From: a virus
Taxonomy: Duplodnaviria; Caudoviricetes
Reading direction: 5' to 3' (one strand)
DNA length: 56,208 bases
IMG/VR virus record: IMGVR_UViG_3300017754_001331
Coordinates: 1-56,208 of that record
The notes under the pieces were generated by a model. It was not told the origin of the DNA and did no database searches. It saw only the letters and a program-made list of their open reading frames with translations. The number at the start of each line of letters is the position of its first letter. Within the stretch, counting starts at the first letter, position 1. The position numbers and the translations under genes were made by a program. Below, piece after piece: positions 15,136 through 24,600 of the stretch.

Positions 15136-16675
15136 AAAAGCCAAGGCCCTTGCGCTGAAGCTGAACAACCCCAACCGTATCCTCGATACGATCCCCACTG
15201 CTAAACATATCTCTGTACGTGGCATGGACCTCGTAGTCGCACCGCACCGGCTTGATGAAGTGCGTGTCCTCAACAACATGGGGATCAAGGCACCCTCACC
15301 GATCCTGCATTATTACGACTGGCCGGGGCGGTTCACTCCGTTCGACCACCAGAAAGAGACAGCTGCGTTCCTCACCCTGCACAACAAGGGTCTGGTGCTC
15401 AACGATATCGGTACTGGTAAGACCCAGTCTGCCCTCTGGGCAGCGGACTATCTGCTCAAGACCAAGCAGGTGAAGAAGGTTCTGATCCTGTCTCCGCTCT
15501 CCACGCTGGAACGTGTCTGGGGTGATGGTATATTCCTCGGCTTCCCGCATCGCAAGTTCGCCGTGCTACATGGTACGGCAGAGCGTAGGCGCAGGCTGCT
15601 CCAACAGGACGTGGACTTCTACATCGTAAACCATGACGGCTTCTCGATCATCGCTGATGAAGCAGAGGGTATGTTCGATCTGGTCATCGTCGATGAGGCA
15701 GCGGTGCTGCGTAACCCCAGCACGCAGCGGTTCAAGTTCTTCCGCAAGTGGATGGCTAACAATACACAGGCACGTCTGTGGTTGATGACCGGTACGCCTA
15801 CCCCTAATGATCCGACTGACGCATGGGCACTGGCCAAGCTGGTAGATAGCCCCAACTGCAAATCCACATTCACTTCGTTCCGCGAGACCGTGATGATGAA
15901 GATCGGGCAGTGGAAATATGTGCCGCGCCCAGAGTCCACTGATATTGTGAAAGACATCCTGCAACCTGCCGTCCGCTTTACCCGTGATGAGTGCTTCGAT
16001 CTGCCTGAGACCATCATCCAGACACGTCAGGTTGCGCTGACACCCGAGCAGCAGAAGCATTACAAGGCGATGCTCAAGGACTTCATCGCCGAGGTCGGTA
16101 GCGACGGTACGATCAGCGCTGTCAACGAGGCGGTCAAGGTACAGAAGCTAATCCAGATCGCCTGTGGCGTGGCCTATGGTGATGACGGGCAGAATATTGA
16201 GATCGATGCCAGCCCACGGGTCAAGGTGGTCAAGGAGATCATCGAGGAAGCAGGGGAGAAAGTGATCGTTTTCGTGCCGCTGACCGGCACACTGCACATG
16301 CTGGAGAAAGAACTATCGAAGCACTGGACTGTCGGCGTGGTCAACGGTCAGGTGTCATCCTCCAAGCGTGACGTGATATTCAAGGACTTTCAGGATAGCA
16401 AAGACCCACATGTCCTGATCGCCCACCCCGGAACTATGGCCCACGGGCTTACGCTGACGACTGCGTCAACCATCATCTGGTACGGACCTGTCAACAGCAA
16501 CGAGACATACGTCCAAGCAAACGGGCGTATCGAGCGGATCGGTAAGAACAAGACTTCGAATGTCATCCATATCGAGGCAACCGATCTTGAACATAGAGCG
16601 TATGAGCGGCTGAGGAATAAACAAAAGCTACAAGGTCTGCTGCTCGACCTAATCCAAGAGGAAACAAGACGATGA
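15122..16675 (+). CDS. SNF2-family (SF2) helicase
   Basis: PFDHQ, DIGTGKT, VIVDEA, MTGTP, AHGLTLT, QANGRIERIG. Confidence 0.92.
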   Translation: MLVIEKAKALALKLNNPNRILDTIPTAKHISVRGMDLVVAPHRLDEVRVLNNMGIKAPSPILHYYDWPGRFTPFDHQKETAAFLTLHNKGLVLNDIGTGKTQSALWAADYLLKTKQVKKVLILSPLSTLERVWGDGIFLGFPHRKFAVLHGTAERRRRLLQQDVDFYIVNHDGFSIIADEAEGMFDLVIVDEAAVLRNPSTQRFKFFRKWMANNTQARLWLMTGTPTPNDPTDAWALAKLVDSPNCKSTFTSFRETVMMKIGQWKYVPRPESTDIVKDILQPAVRFTRDECFDLPETIIQTRQVALTPEQQKHYKAMLKDFIAEVGSDGTISAVNEAVKVQKLIQIACGVAYGDDGQNIEIDASPRVKVVKEIIEEAGEKVIVFVPLTGTLHMLEKELSKHWTVGVVNGQVSSSKRDVIFKDFQDSKDPHVLIAHPGTMAHGLTLTTASTIIWYGPVNSNETYVQANGRIERIGKNKTSNVIHIEATDLEHRAYERLRNKQKLQGLLLDLIQEETRR

Positions 16676-17076
16676 CTATCACGGTGGATCAGGCCGTCGC
16701 GGCCTATATGAAACTCCGGTTGAAGAAGGCAGAGATCGAAGCCCAGATCAAAGACGAAGTATCCCAGATCGAAGCCAGCATGACCAAGATCGAAGCGTGG
16801 ATCAAAGGACAGGCTGACACATTGGGTGTTACCTCATTCAAGACCAAGCACGGCACAGCATTCCTGACTACCAAGGACTATGCCAATGTCGAGAACTGGG
16901 ATGCGACACTGAACTTTATCAAGGATACTGGTGCCTTCGACCTGCTCAACAAGGCGGTGAACAAGACCGCAGTGCGTGGCTACATCGAGCAGAACAAGGC
17001 TGTTCCGCCGGGTGTAAACTATGGCACCAAGATCGAAGTTAGCGTACGTAAACCAACTGCCAGAGTGGAGGACTAA
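16672..17076 (+). CDS. Conserved replication-module hypothetical protein (coiled-coil N-terminus)
   Basis: GVTSFKTKHGT...W...LL...VPPGVN pattern common between helicase and SSB genes. Confidence 0.8.
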   Translation: MTITVDQAVAAYMKLRLKKAEIEAQIKDEVSQIEASMTKIEAWIKGQADTLGVTSFKTKHGTAFLTTKDYANVENWDATLNFIKDTGAFDLLNKAVNKTAVRGYIEQNKAVPPGVNYGTKIEVSVRKPTARVED

Positions 17077-17445
17077 ATGATCAAACGATTTTTGCGACGA
17101 TGGCTCGGCGTCGAAGGCGCGATTGCGCCGGATAACTATGAAGCGGAACTGAAGCGGAACCAGTACATCGGTGCTTCTTTGGCTGAGACGGCGGCATCCG
17201 TCACCGCGTACAAGATCAGCAACGGTTTTATCATAAGGACCACGAACAAGATGCTGATAAACCAGACCATGACACTGCCGACATATACATATTGCAAGGA
17301 CGCTGAGGCAATCGCCAACCATATCGTGGCTGACGCAGCGCGAGAAGCCATTGGTGTCGGGTCTCAGTACGAATTATTCAACACCGCCAGCACTAACATC
17401 ACCGGAACTGGCTCCCTCGCCGCTCAGATTAAAACCAACTACTAA
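17077..17445 (+). CDS. Hypothetical protein (122 aa)
   Basis: GGAGG SD; abuts the upstream gene. Confidence 0.7.
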   Translation: MIKRFLRRWLGVEGAIAPDNYEAELKRNQYIGASLAETAASVTAYKISNGFIIRTTNKMLINQTMTLPTYTYCKDAEAIANHIVADAAREAIGVGSQYELFNTASTNITGTGSLAAQIKTNY

Positions 17446-17469
17446 TCAACGCTCAACACAGGAGAATTT

Positions 17470-18471
17470 ATGAGCACGTCCCTTATACCTACCAACATCC
17501 AAGTACCTGCCCACCTCGCTGCCCGTATCGGCCAGCAGTCGGCATTGGCAGCATCACTGGCCGCTGGCCTTGCGGCAGGCGACTCGTACCCCCGCATCAG
17601 CCTCAAGGGTTCGCGGTTCCGCATCGTCGAAGGTAAGACTGAGACGGTCCTTGACCAGACCAAGCTGAACGTGGTGATCGTCGGCGCTAACCCGCGCCTG
17701 TCCAAGACCTACTATGCCAAGCAGTGGGACCCCAACGACGAACCGACTGGCCCTGACTGCTTCTCGCTGGATGGTATCGGCCCTGACGCCGCTGTCCAAA
17801 ATCCTGAGAACGATCTGTGTGCGTCATGCCCCATGAACGCATGGGGTTCCAAGATCAGCCCCAACGGCCAACAGATCAAGGCTTGTGCCGACCAGAAGCG
17901 TCTCGCCATTGTGGCAGCTGAGGACCCCACTGGTCCGGTCTATCTGCTTCAGGTTACACCTGCCGCACTGAAGGGTCTCAACCAGTACCAGAAGGAACTG
18001 ACCGTCCGTGGCATCCCTGTCGAGGTGGTCAAGACTGTGCTGTCGTTCGATACCGATGCGTCGTTCCCCAAGCTGAAGTTCGGCTTTGGTGGGTTCCTCG
18101 AAGCTGAGACGCAGGGTGCAGTCGATGGTCTGTTTGGTAGCGACCAAGTCCTTGAGATCACTGGCGAGAAAACTAATAGCCGCCCTGTTGAAGTTCCGGT
18201 TCAGGCCGCACGGCCTGCGCCTGTTGCACCGAAACCCGCCCCGGTTGAAGTCGTGGAAGAGCCAGTTGCCCCTGCGCCTGAAGCGACCGCTCCGAAGCGT
18301 GGTTTCGGTGCAGCAAAACCTGCGGAAGAGGAAGCCCCAGCACCGGCTCCAGCACCAAAGGCTGCGCCCAAACCGAAGGCTGCCCCTGCGGCAGTAGCTG
18401 CGGAAGGCGATGCTATGTCTCTGGCTGACGAGATCGCCGCGCTGGTAGGAGGTATGGATAGCGATGACTAA
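17470..18471 (+). CDS. Putative ssDNA-binding/annealing protein
   Basis: RISLKGSRFR, PDCFS..G, CASCP, KAC; Pro/Ala linker and acidic C-terminal tail (MDSDD). Confidence 0.65.
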   Translation: MSTSLIPTNIQVPAHLAARIGQQSALAASLAAGLAAGDSYPRISLKGSRFRIVEGKTETVLDQTKLNVVIVGANPRLSKTYYAKQWDPNDEPTGPDCFSLDGIGPDAAVQNPENDLCASCPMNAWGSKISPNGQQIKACADQKRLAIVAAEDPTGPVYLLQVTPAALKGLNQYQKELTVRGIPVEVVKTVLSFDTDASFPKLKFGFGGFLEAETQGAVDGLFGSDQVLEITGEKTNSRPVEVPVQAARPAPVAPKPAPVEVVEEPVAPAPEATAPKRGFGAAKPAEEEAPAPAPAPKAAPKPKAAPAAVAAEGDAMSLADEIAALVGGMDSDD

Positions 18472-18745
18472 GTCCGCCATCGACTTCACCAAGGTGGAGG
18501 CGCTGCGGAAGCACATGCTCCTGACAATTCAGGACATGGCCGATCTCTTTGGTATAACCCGTGCGACATACTATGGTTGGTTACGCGGTAAACCGATCCG
18601 TAAATCCAATGACGAGGCTGTCCGGGTTATGCTAAAGAGGTTGCTCGGGGTTATGACAGAGCACGCATGGCCCATGCCGGAGGTGATCGCCGCAGATCAG
18701 AAGCAGAGGAAGGAACGCCTCCAACAGATACTCAACCAAGATTGA
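18464..18745 (+). CDS. XRE/Cro-type HTH DNA-binding protein
   Basis: LRKHMLLTIQDMADLFGITRATYYGWLRG. Confidence 0.85.
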   Translation: MTKSAIDFTKVEALRKHMLLTIQDMADLFGITRATYYGWLRGKPIRKSNDEAVRVMLKRLLGVMTEHAWPMPEVIAADQKQRKERLQQILNQD

Positions 18746-18748
18746 AGA

Positions 18749-18770
18749 GTGGGGGGAGCAATCCCCCCAC
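18749..18770 (+). other. Stable intergenic hairpin (GCAA tetraloop) before the primase gene
   Basis: GTGGGGGGA-GCAA-TCCCCCCAC; no U-tract. Confidence 0.7.
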
Positions 18771-18785
18771 AGACGCAGGGGCAAC

Positions 18786-21647
18786 ATGGACATAACAACA
18801 TTTTTAGAGAGGGTGCTCCCACCGGAAGGTGTGTACGTCAGTGCACAGCTGACCCCAAGAGGGATGATCCACAAGTTCTACGACTCGGTAGAAGACCTAG
18901 CAGTAGCAGCACAATCGGCAAGCCAGCGGGGAGGTAACGTATATTACGCCGTCTCCTCAATGCAGGACAACTCAGAGCGCAGTCAGCGCAACACCCACCT
19001 TACCCAGACCCTGTTCATCGACGTGGACTGTGGCCCAGATAAACCTTACGACACATGGAAGGACGGGCTACTCGCCCTCAGTCAGTTCATCGCTGACCTG
19101 AAGCTACCCAAACCTATGATCGTGCACTCCGGCAACGGCCTGCATGTCTACTGGGTACTGGCCGAAGCGCTTGCGCCTGCGCAGTGGGGACCACTGGGTC
19201 TCGCACTCAAGGCAGCAGCCAAGGCGAAGGGCTTTGCAATCGATATGAGCGTGCCGGGTGACAGCGCCCGGTTGCTTCGACCTGTAGGCACCATCAACCC
19301 GAAGGGCGGGGCCGAGGTCAAACTGTTGATCGACGCACCGATGGTCGATGCTGACACACTGCGCAATGCGCTCAGTGGATTTATCGTCAACACAAGCGTT
19401 GCAGGTATTAGTAGTCCGTTCGGCGGTTCAACACGCACAAGCATGTTGTCACAAGCTCTCTCTACCGACAGCGAGTTCCCAGACGCCAACCCGGATGCCG
19501 TCGCATCCAAGTGCCAACAGATCAAGTGGGGCGTCGAGAACCAGAAGGAAGTCAGTGAACCGTTCTGGTACGCCATGCTGGGTGTCGCTGCCTTCTGCAT
19601 CGATGCTGAGAACACGGCAGTGTCATGGTCCAACCAGCACCCAGACTTCGAGCGCAGCCGCACCGTCCGCAAGATGGAGCATTGGAAGCAGTCGGTCTCT
19701 GGTCCTGCCACCTGTAAGAAATTCCTAGAGGAGCGCCCCGCAGGATGTAAGGGGTGCAAGTTCGCCGGTAAGATCACAGCGCCGACGCAGATCGGCACAC
19801 AGTTCAGCGCAATCGAAATATCCGAAACGGCTCCAGATAAAGTCGGTGCCGCAGTACCGATGCCACGGAGTTACAAGCGCACTTCATCGGGCATCAAGCA
19901 GACTGTGGATGGCACTGACATCGATATCTGCCCGTTCGATATCTACCCCGTTGGGTACGGCAGGGACGAAGCACTCGGGTATGAGACCGTCCGCTACCAC
20001 TGGGACCGCAAACACATGGGGTGGCAGGAACTGTCACTCCGACAAGCATACCTCACAGACACACGTCTACGTGAGTTCACAACCGCCGTCGCTGATCAGG
20101 GGATCGTCCTCAAAACAGAAAAACAAACCGCGAGTTTTCAGTTTATGCTTCGCACCTACATGGACAAGCTGCGCGAGATGCGCGCAATGACCAACCTCTA
20201 TAACAGCATGGGCTGGAAGGATGACTACAAGCAGTTCGTCCATGGCAACACGCTGCTCCGCAGGCTCGAAGACGGCACAGTCGTCGAAGAGAACATCACT
20301 CTGTCCTCGGGCAGCCAACGTCTGGGCGGTGAGCTTTACGGCACCGCTGGCACCGAGCAGGGATGGATCGACTTCACCTCGGTACTGCAAGCTGCCAATA
20401 TGCCAGCGCAGATGTTCGCGTTGGGGTTCAGCCTCGCCACACCCATGATCGAACTGACCGGCCTCAACGGCCTCACGCTGTCGCTGTCTGGGCAAACAGG
20501 TACTGGTAAGTCTCTGGCCCAATTATGGCAGCAGTCCCTGTGGGGTGATCCGCAGAAGCTACACTTCGCAGCCAAGTTCACGATGAACAGTCTGTACAAC
20601 CGGCTTGGTTTCTACTGCAACCTGCCAATGACCATCGACGAAGCCACGGTGGTGACAGATAAAGAGGTCGGTGACTTCCTGTACATGGTCACACAGGGCC
20701 GGGACAAGACCCGCCTGAGCCGCTCGGCAGAGGAGCGGGAGACCAAGCGTTGGGCAACCAGCGTGACGATCTCGACCAACATCCCGTGGGCTACCAAGCT
20801 GGCTGCCATGAGCAGCGCTACAGATGCACAGATGATGCGCCTTCTAGAAGTCACAGTCGATCCACACCCCGTCTTCGCAGATGGCACCACAGGTGGCCGC
20901 AAGATATTCCAGTTCATCACGGGTAACTATGGCTGGGTCGGACCCCGGTTCGTCAAGCACCTGCTTGCCTTGGGACCTGTCGCGATCAAGGAGATGATCG
21001 ACGAAGCGATGACCACATTTCCACAGAGATATCCTGCCGAGTTCAGCGGTGAGGAACGCTACTGGGAAATCGCTATCGTGCTGACTGACTTGGCACTGCG
21101 CATAGCTAAAGAACAAGGCTGGATTAAGTTCGATCCGGCCATGGCCATCCGCTGGGTACTCCAACAGACCGGGACCATCAGGGAGAACATCGCTGCCAAC
21201 AAGATGGACAGCTTCGATATCTTCTCAGAATATCTCAGCGACAACACCAGACTTGCGCTCACGGTCATGCACACGGCCAGCCAGCCACCGACCCCATTGT
21301 TCAACCGGATGCCGCAGGGCGAGGTCAGGATACGGTACGACATTCGACGTAACCAACCGAACGGTGTCTTCGACCATGGCACTGTGATGGTAGACCGGAC
21401 GCACTTCCGTAGTTGGTTGGCAACCCACCAAGTGGATTACCGCCAGCTTGTCCGGGACCTTGAGGTTGAGAACATCGTCATCCCGGTGAAGAACAACAAG
21501 GCGTATCTGGGTAAAGGAACCGACATCAAGATGGGGCAGTCCTATGTGGTCCAGATCAACCTCTGCCACCCGAGACTGCGTGGTATTCTCGACGAAGCTG
21601 ATCAGGCATTCGACACGCAAGTGCTCGGGCAGTTGAAAGTTATTTAG
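18786..21647 (+). CDS. AEP/RepB-like primase fused to a Cys-rich domain and a DUF927-type helicase
   Basis: FIDVD, HSGNGLHVYW, DSARLLRPVGT; C...C...CKGC cluster; Walker A GQTGTGKS, Walker B TIDE. Confidence 0.88.
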   Translation: MDITTFLERVLPPEGVYVSAQLTPRGMIHKFYDSVEDLAVAAQSASQRGGNVYYAVSSMQDNSERSQRNTHLTQTLFIDVDCGPDKPYDTWKDGLLALSQFIADLKLPKPMIVHSGNGLHVYWVLAEALAPAQWGPLGLALKAAAKAKGFAIDMSVPGDSARLLRPVGTINPKGGAEVKLLIDAPMVDADTLRNALSGFIVNTSVAGISSPFGGSTRTSMLSQALSTDSEFPDANPDAVASKCQQIKWGVENQKEVSEPFWYAMLGVAAFCIDAENTAVSWSNQHPDFERSRTVRKMEHWKQSVSGPATCKKFLEERPAGCKGCKFAGKITAPTQIGTQFSAIEISETAPDKVGAAVPMPRSYKRTSSGIKQTVDGTDIDICPFDIYPVGYGRDEALGYETVRYHWDRKHMGWQELSLRQAYLTDTRLREFTTAVADQGIVLKTEKQTASFQFMLRTYMDKLREMRAMTNLYNSMGWKDDYKQFVHGNTLLRRLEDGTVVEENITLSSGSQRLGGELYGTAGTEQGWIDFTSVLQAANMPAQMFALGFSLATPMIELTGLNGLTLSLSGQTGTGKSLAQLWQQSLWGDPQKLHFAAKFTMNSLYNRLGFYCNLPMTIDEATVVTDKEVGDFLYMVTQGRDKTRLSRSAEERETKRWATSVTISTNIPWATKLAAMSSATDAQMMRLLEVTVDPHPVFADGTTGGRKIFQFITGNYGWVGPRFVKHLLALGPVAIKEMIDEAMTTFPQRYPAEFSGEERYWEIAIVLTDLALRIAKEQGWIKFDPAMAIRWVLQQTGTIRENIAANKMDSFDIFSEYLSDNTRLALTVMHTASQPPTPLFNRMPQGEVRIRYDIRRNQPNGVFDHGTVMVDRTHFRSWLATHQVDYRQLVRDLEVENIVIPVKNNKAYLGKGTDIKMGQSYVVQINLCHPRLRGILDEADQAFDTQVLGQLKVI

Positions 21648-24600
21648 TAGGACAGGGCGTCGAACGCCTTCTCGATATCCTCGCGGCCAGCTTTGGGGGT
21701 AGTCCTCAGCATTCGCTCCTTGGCGGGTCGCTGGGCTTCCTTCAGAGCACGCTGCGAACGGCGGCGGAAGTCGGCGATCTCAAGACCAGTGCCCTTAGCA
21801 CCCTTGTTCCACTCATCCACTGCGTCCTCGATGTCTCGGGCGCGGCCAGTGTCGCCTTCCATCGTGGCCTTGATCCATGCCTGACGGAAACCTGCCACAA
21901 CATCTCGCTGATAGTCGGTCACGCGGGTAGCGACGCGGATCGCGCTATACTGTTGTGCCGCTTCGCTAGGATAGAACCCAAGCAAACGAGTGGCGATAAC
22001 TCCAGCATTGGCTTCGTCAGCCACAACATACCCACGGCGGTCGACGATGGCATCGGACTTGGCGTAAGCGACAGCATCACCGGCTGCACGGAGCATGGTC
22101 ACCGGAGCCTCACGAGCCACATCGATCAGCTGGATACGGTCGGAGAACGGTACGCGCATCAGGTCAGCGAAGAACTGAGCCGAACCCAGCAGGGCGGACG
22201 GAGCAGGACCAGCGATGTCAGTAAGTTCGCGGCCAACATCAGCGCCCGACAGGAGGATGCCAGTGCCGGGGAACAGGTTACCGATGGAGACACGACCAGC
22301 GATATCAGCAGGCACTGCCGAGTTCACCACACCTTGCAGGAAGTAAGGCGACATGCCGGGGAAGACACCGTCGATGAACTTGGCGATCTCCATGCGGATG
22401 CTGCCGACCTTGAACCCAAGAGCCTGAGCCAGTGTGTCGATCAAGTCCTCAAGGTCCTCGGCGAACGGTAGACCCTGCAAGCCAGAGAGCAGCCACAAAG
22501 ATGCCAGCATGGCGATCTTACCATTGCGCGACATGTTTGAGAACAGCTGGATCGAGGTGGTCGGGAAGACCTTGTACATGTACAGGAAGGACTGGATACC
22601 CGAACGCCATGCCGGAGGACGGTTAAGCACTGAGTACTCACCCATCGTTAGGCTTAGAGCATCGACGGCGAAACGCCGTGCTGCGTCTTTTGCCTTGGCC
22701 TCGCTGCGACCACCGGCAATCTGGCGCTCATACTCAAGGCGATAGGCAGCCAGACCCAACGTGCGGCGAGATGCCTGCTCCGTAAGGTTAAACGGCAGCA
22801 TCCAACCATCGATAAATTTGCGTGCGAAGCCAGACGATATTTGCCCACGGGCAGTGTTGATCAGCGCGTTGGTCTGCGCCGGGATCATGGCACCCTCACG
22901 GATTTCTCGTGCGATGAACTCAGCCTCGTGCACTGCCAGTCCATACTTATCCTGAAGCTGCTTGCTCTTGGCTACCTCATCATAGAACTCAGCCGTGTTG
23001 GCTTTCATGTTGGCGATACCCAGAGCACCGACCTGCTTGGCAGCGATGTGGAACTGAGCAACCGAGGGACCGATCCCGAAGCCACCGCCGAAGCCATTGC
23101 TAGGATTGTAGCTGGCGAGGAACGGCAAGCCGTTGGTGTACGCACTGATCAGGTTGAGCGCACCCGTAGCGATAGAACCACCAAGCTGCATGATGCTGGT
23201 GGCAGCACGGACCTGCGAGACAACCTCACCACTTTCGAAGTTGGACTCGGTCACGCTGCGGTTATCGTCGAGGAACGACACGGTACGAGATGCTTCATTG
23301 TAGAACTGGTTCGTCCGCTTGGGCTTACCCTTCGGATTGGTCTGATCGTACATGAACTTGTACCGCTCGTACTCACGCTGGGCGAGAACACGCTCATCAG
23401 GCGACAAGTTGGTGTTTTCTGCTGCGGCCTTGAGTTCAGCCAGCAAACGAGCGTCACCATTCCACAGGCGCTGGGTCGACTCCATGCTCAGGTTCATCAG
23501 TTCGCTCAACTGCGGACGCATCATGGTCTTGGAGATGGTCGAAGCACGCGAGTCGATATGCCGCGAGATCGCTTTGATGGCATCCGGATCAGCGCCGGGA
23601 GTGAACGCACGCAGTAGTCGGTTACGAGCTGAACTGTTCTGCTTGGTCAAGGCAGTGACCACACGCTCGACTTCCTTCGGAGTCAAAACAATATCAAGCT
23701 GACGCAAACCATACACAAACTCGTTGAGGTTTAGTTCCGGAGGACCGGCGATGGCGTCGAGTGCGGTCTCAGGTACAGCCCGGAAGACCACGTTCTGCTT
23801 GACGAAGTCACCACTCTCTTGGCTGTATGCGTCGACCTCGTAGGTCTTATCCTTAAAGATATTGTTGATGCCAGCGGCGATCTGCTGTGCCTCGCTCTGC
23901 TTCTCCACCTGTGAGTAGATAAGCTGTTCGCGATAGGCATCAGCCAGACGGACGACCTTACCCGTGCGCGGGTTAACCGCCTCGACACGGACTTGGAACT
24001 GACCTTCACGCAGCAACGGAGTATAGCCAGTGGCCAGTGTGCGGCGGGTGTAGAGGTCAGCGTCAGCGTTCGATACCTCCAGCATCAGGATTTGCTTCAC
24101 CCGGTTCTGGATGGTGAACTTGTTGTCGGCCCCGATCTTCAGTCGTGTACGGAACTCACGCAGCTTGGCGACCATATCGTCAGCCATTCTGCCTTCGAAG
24201 AACCGCGCAACCTCATTGAAGTCCCGGTCCTGACCGAGGGTCAGTGCCTTGTTGATAGCCACGACGAAGTCGTTACCGTTCTCCATGGCTTCAGCGTTGA
24301 GCTTGGGATAGCCGCGCTCGTCGAAGGTAATATCCGCCGTGTAGAGATCGTTATAGGTCTTGATGATGCGGCGCAGCAAGTCACGCTCGGCACCGGTCAG
24401 GCGCTTGTTCTCCACCAATTCGTCGAACTGCTTGAACGCGATCTGCTGGTCTTCGAACAGGCTCTGGTAACGGGCACGCAGAAGCTGAAGTTCCACATCG
24501 TTGACCGTCTCACGCAGGCTGAGATATCCACGCCACTCGATGCTCTGCTTGGTAAGACCGGGGATACCAGCGAAACGCTCATCCCGCGTGGTTCCGTCAG

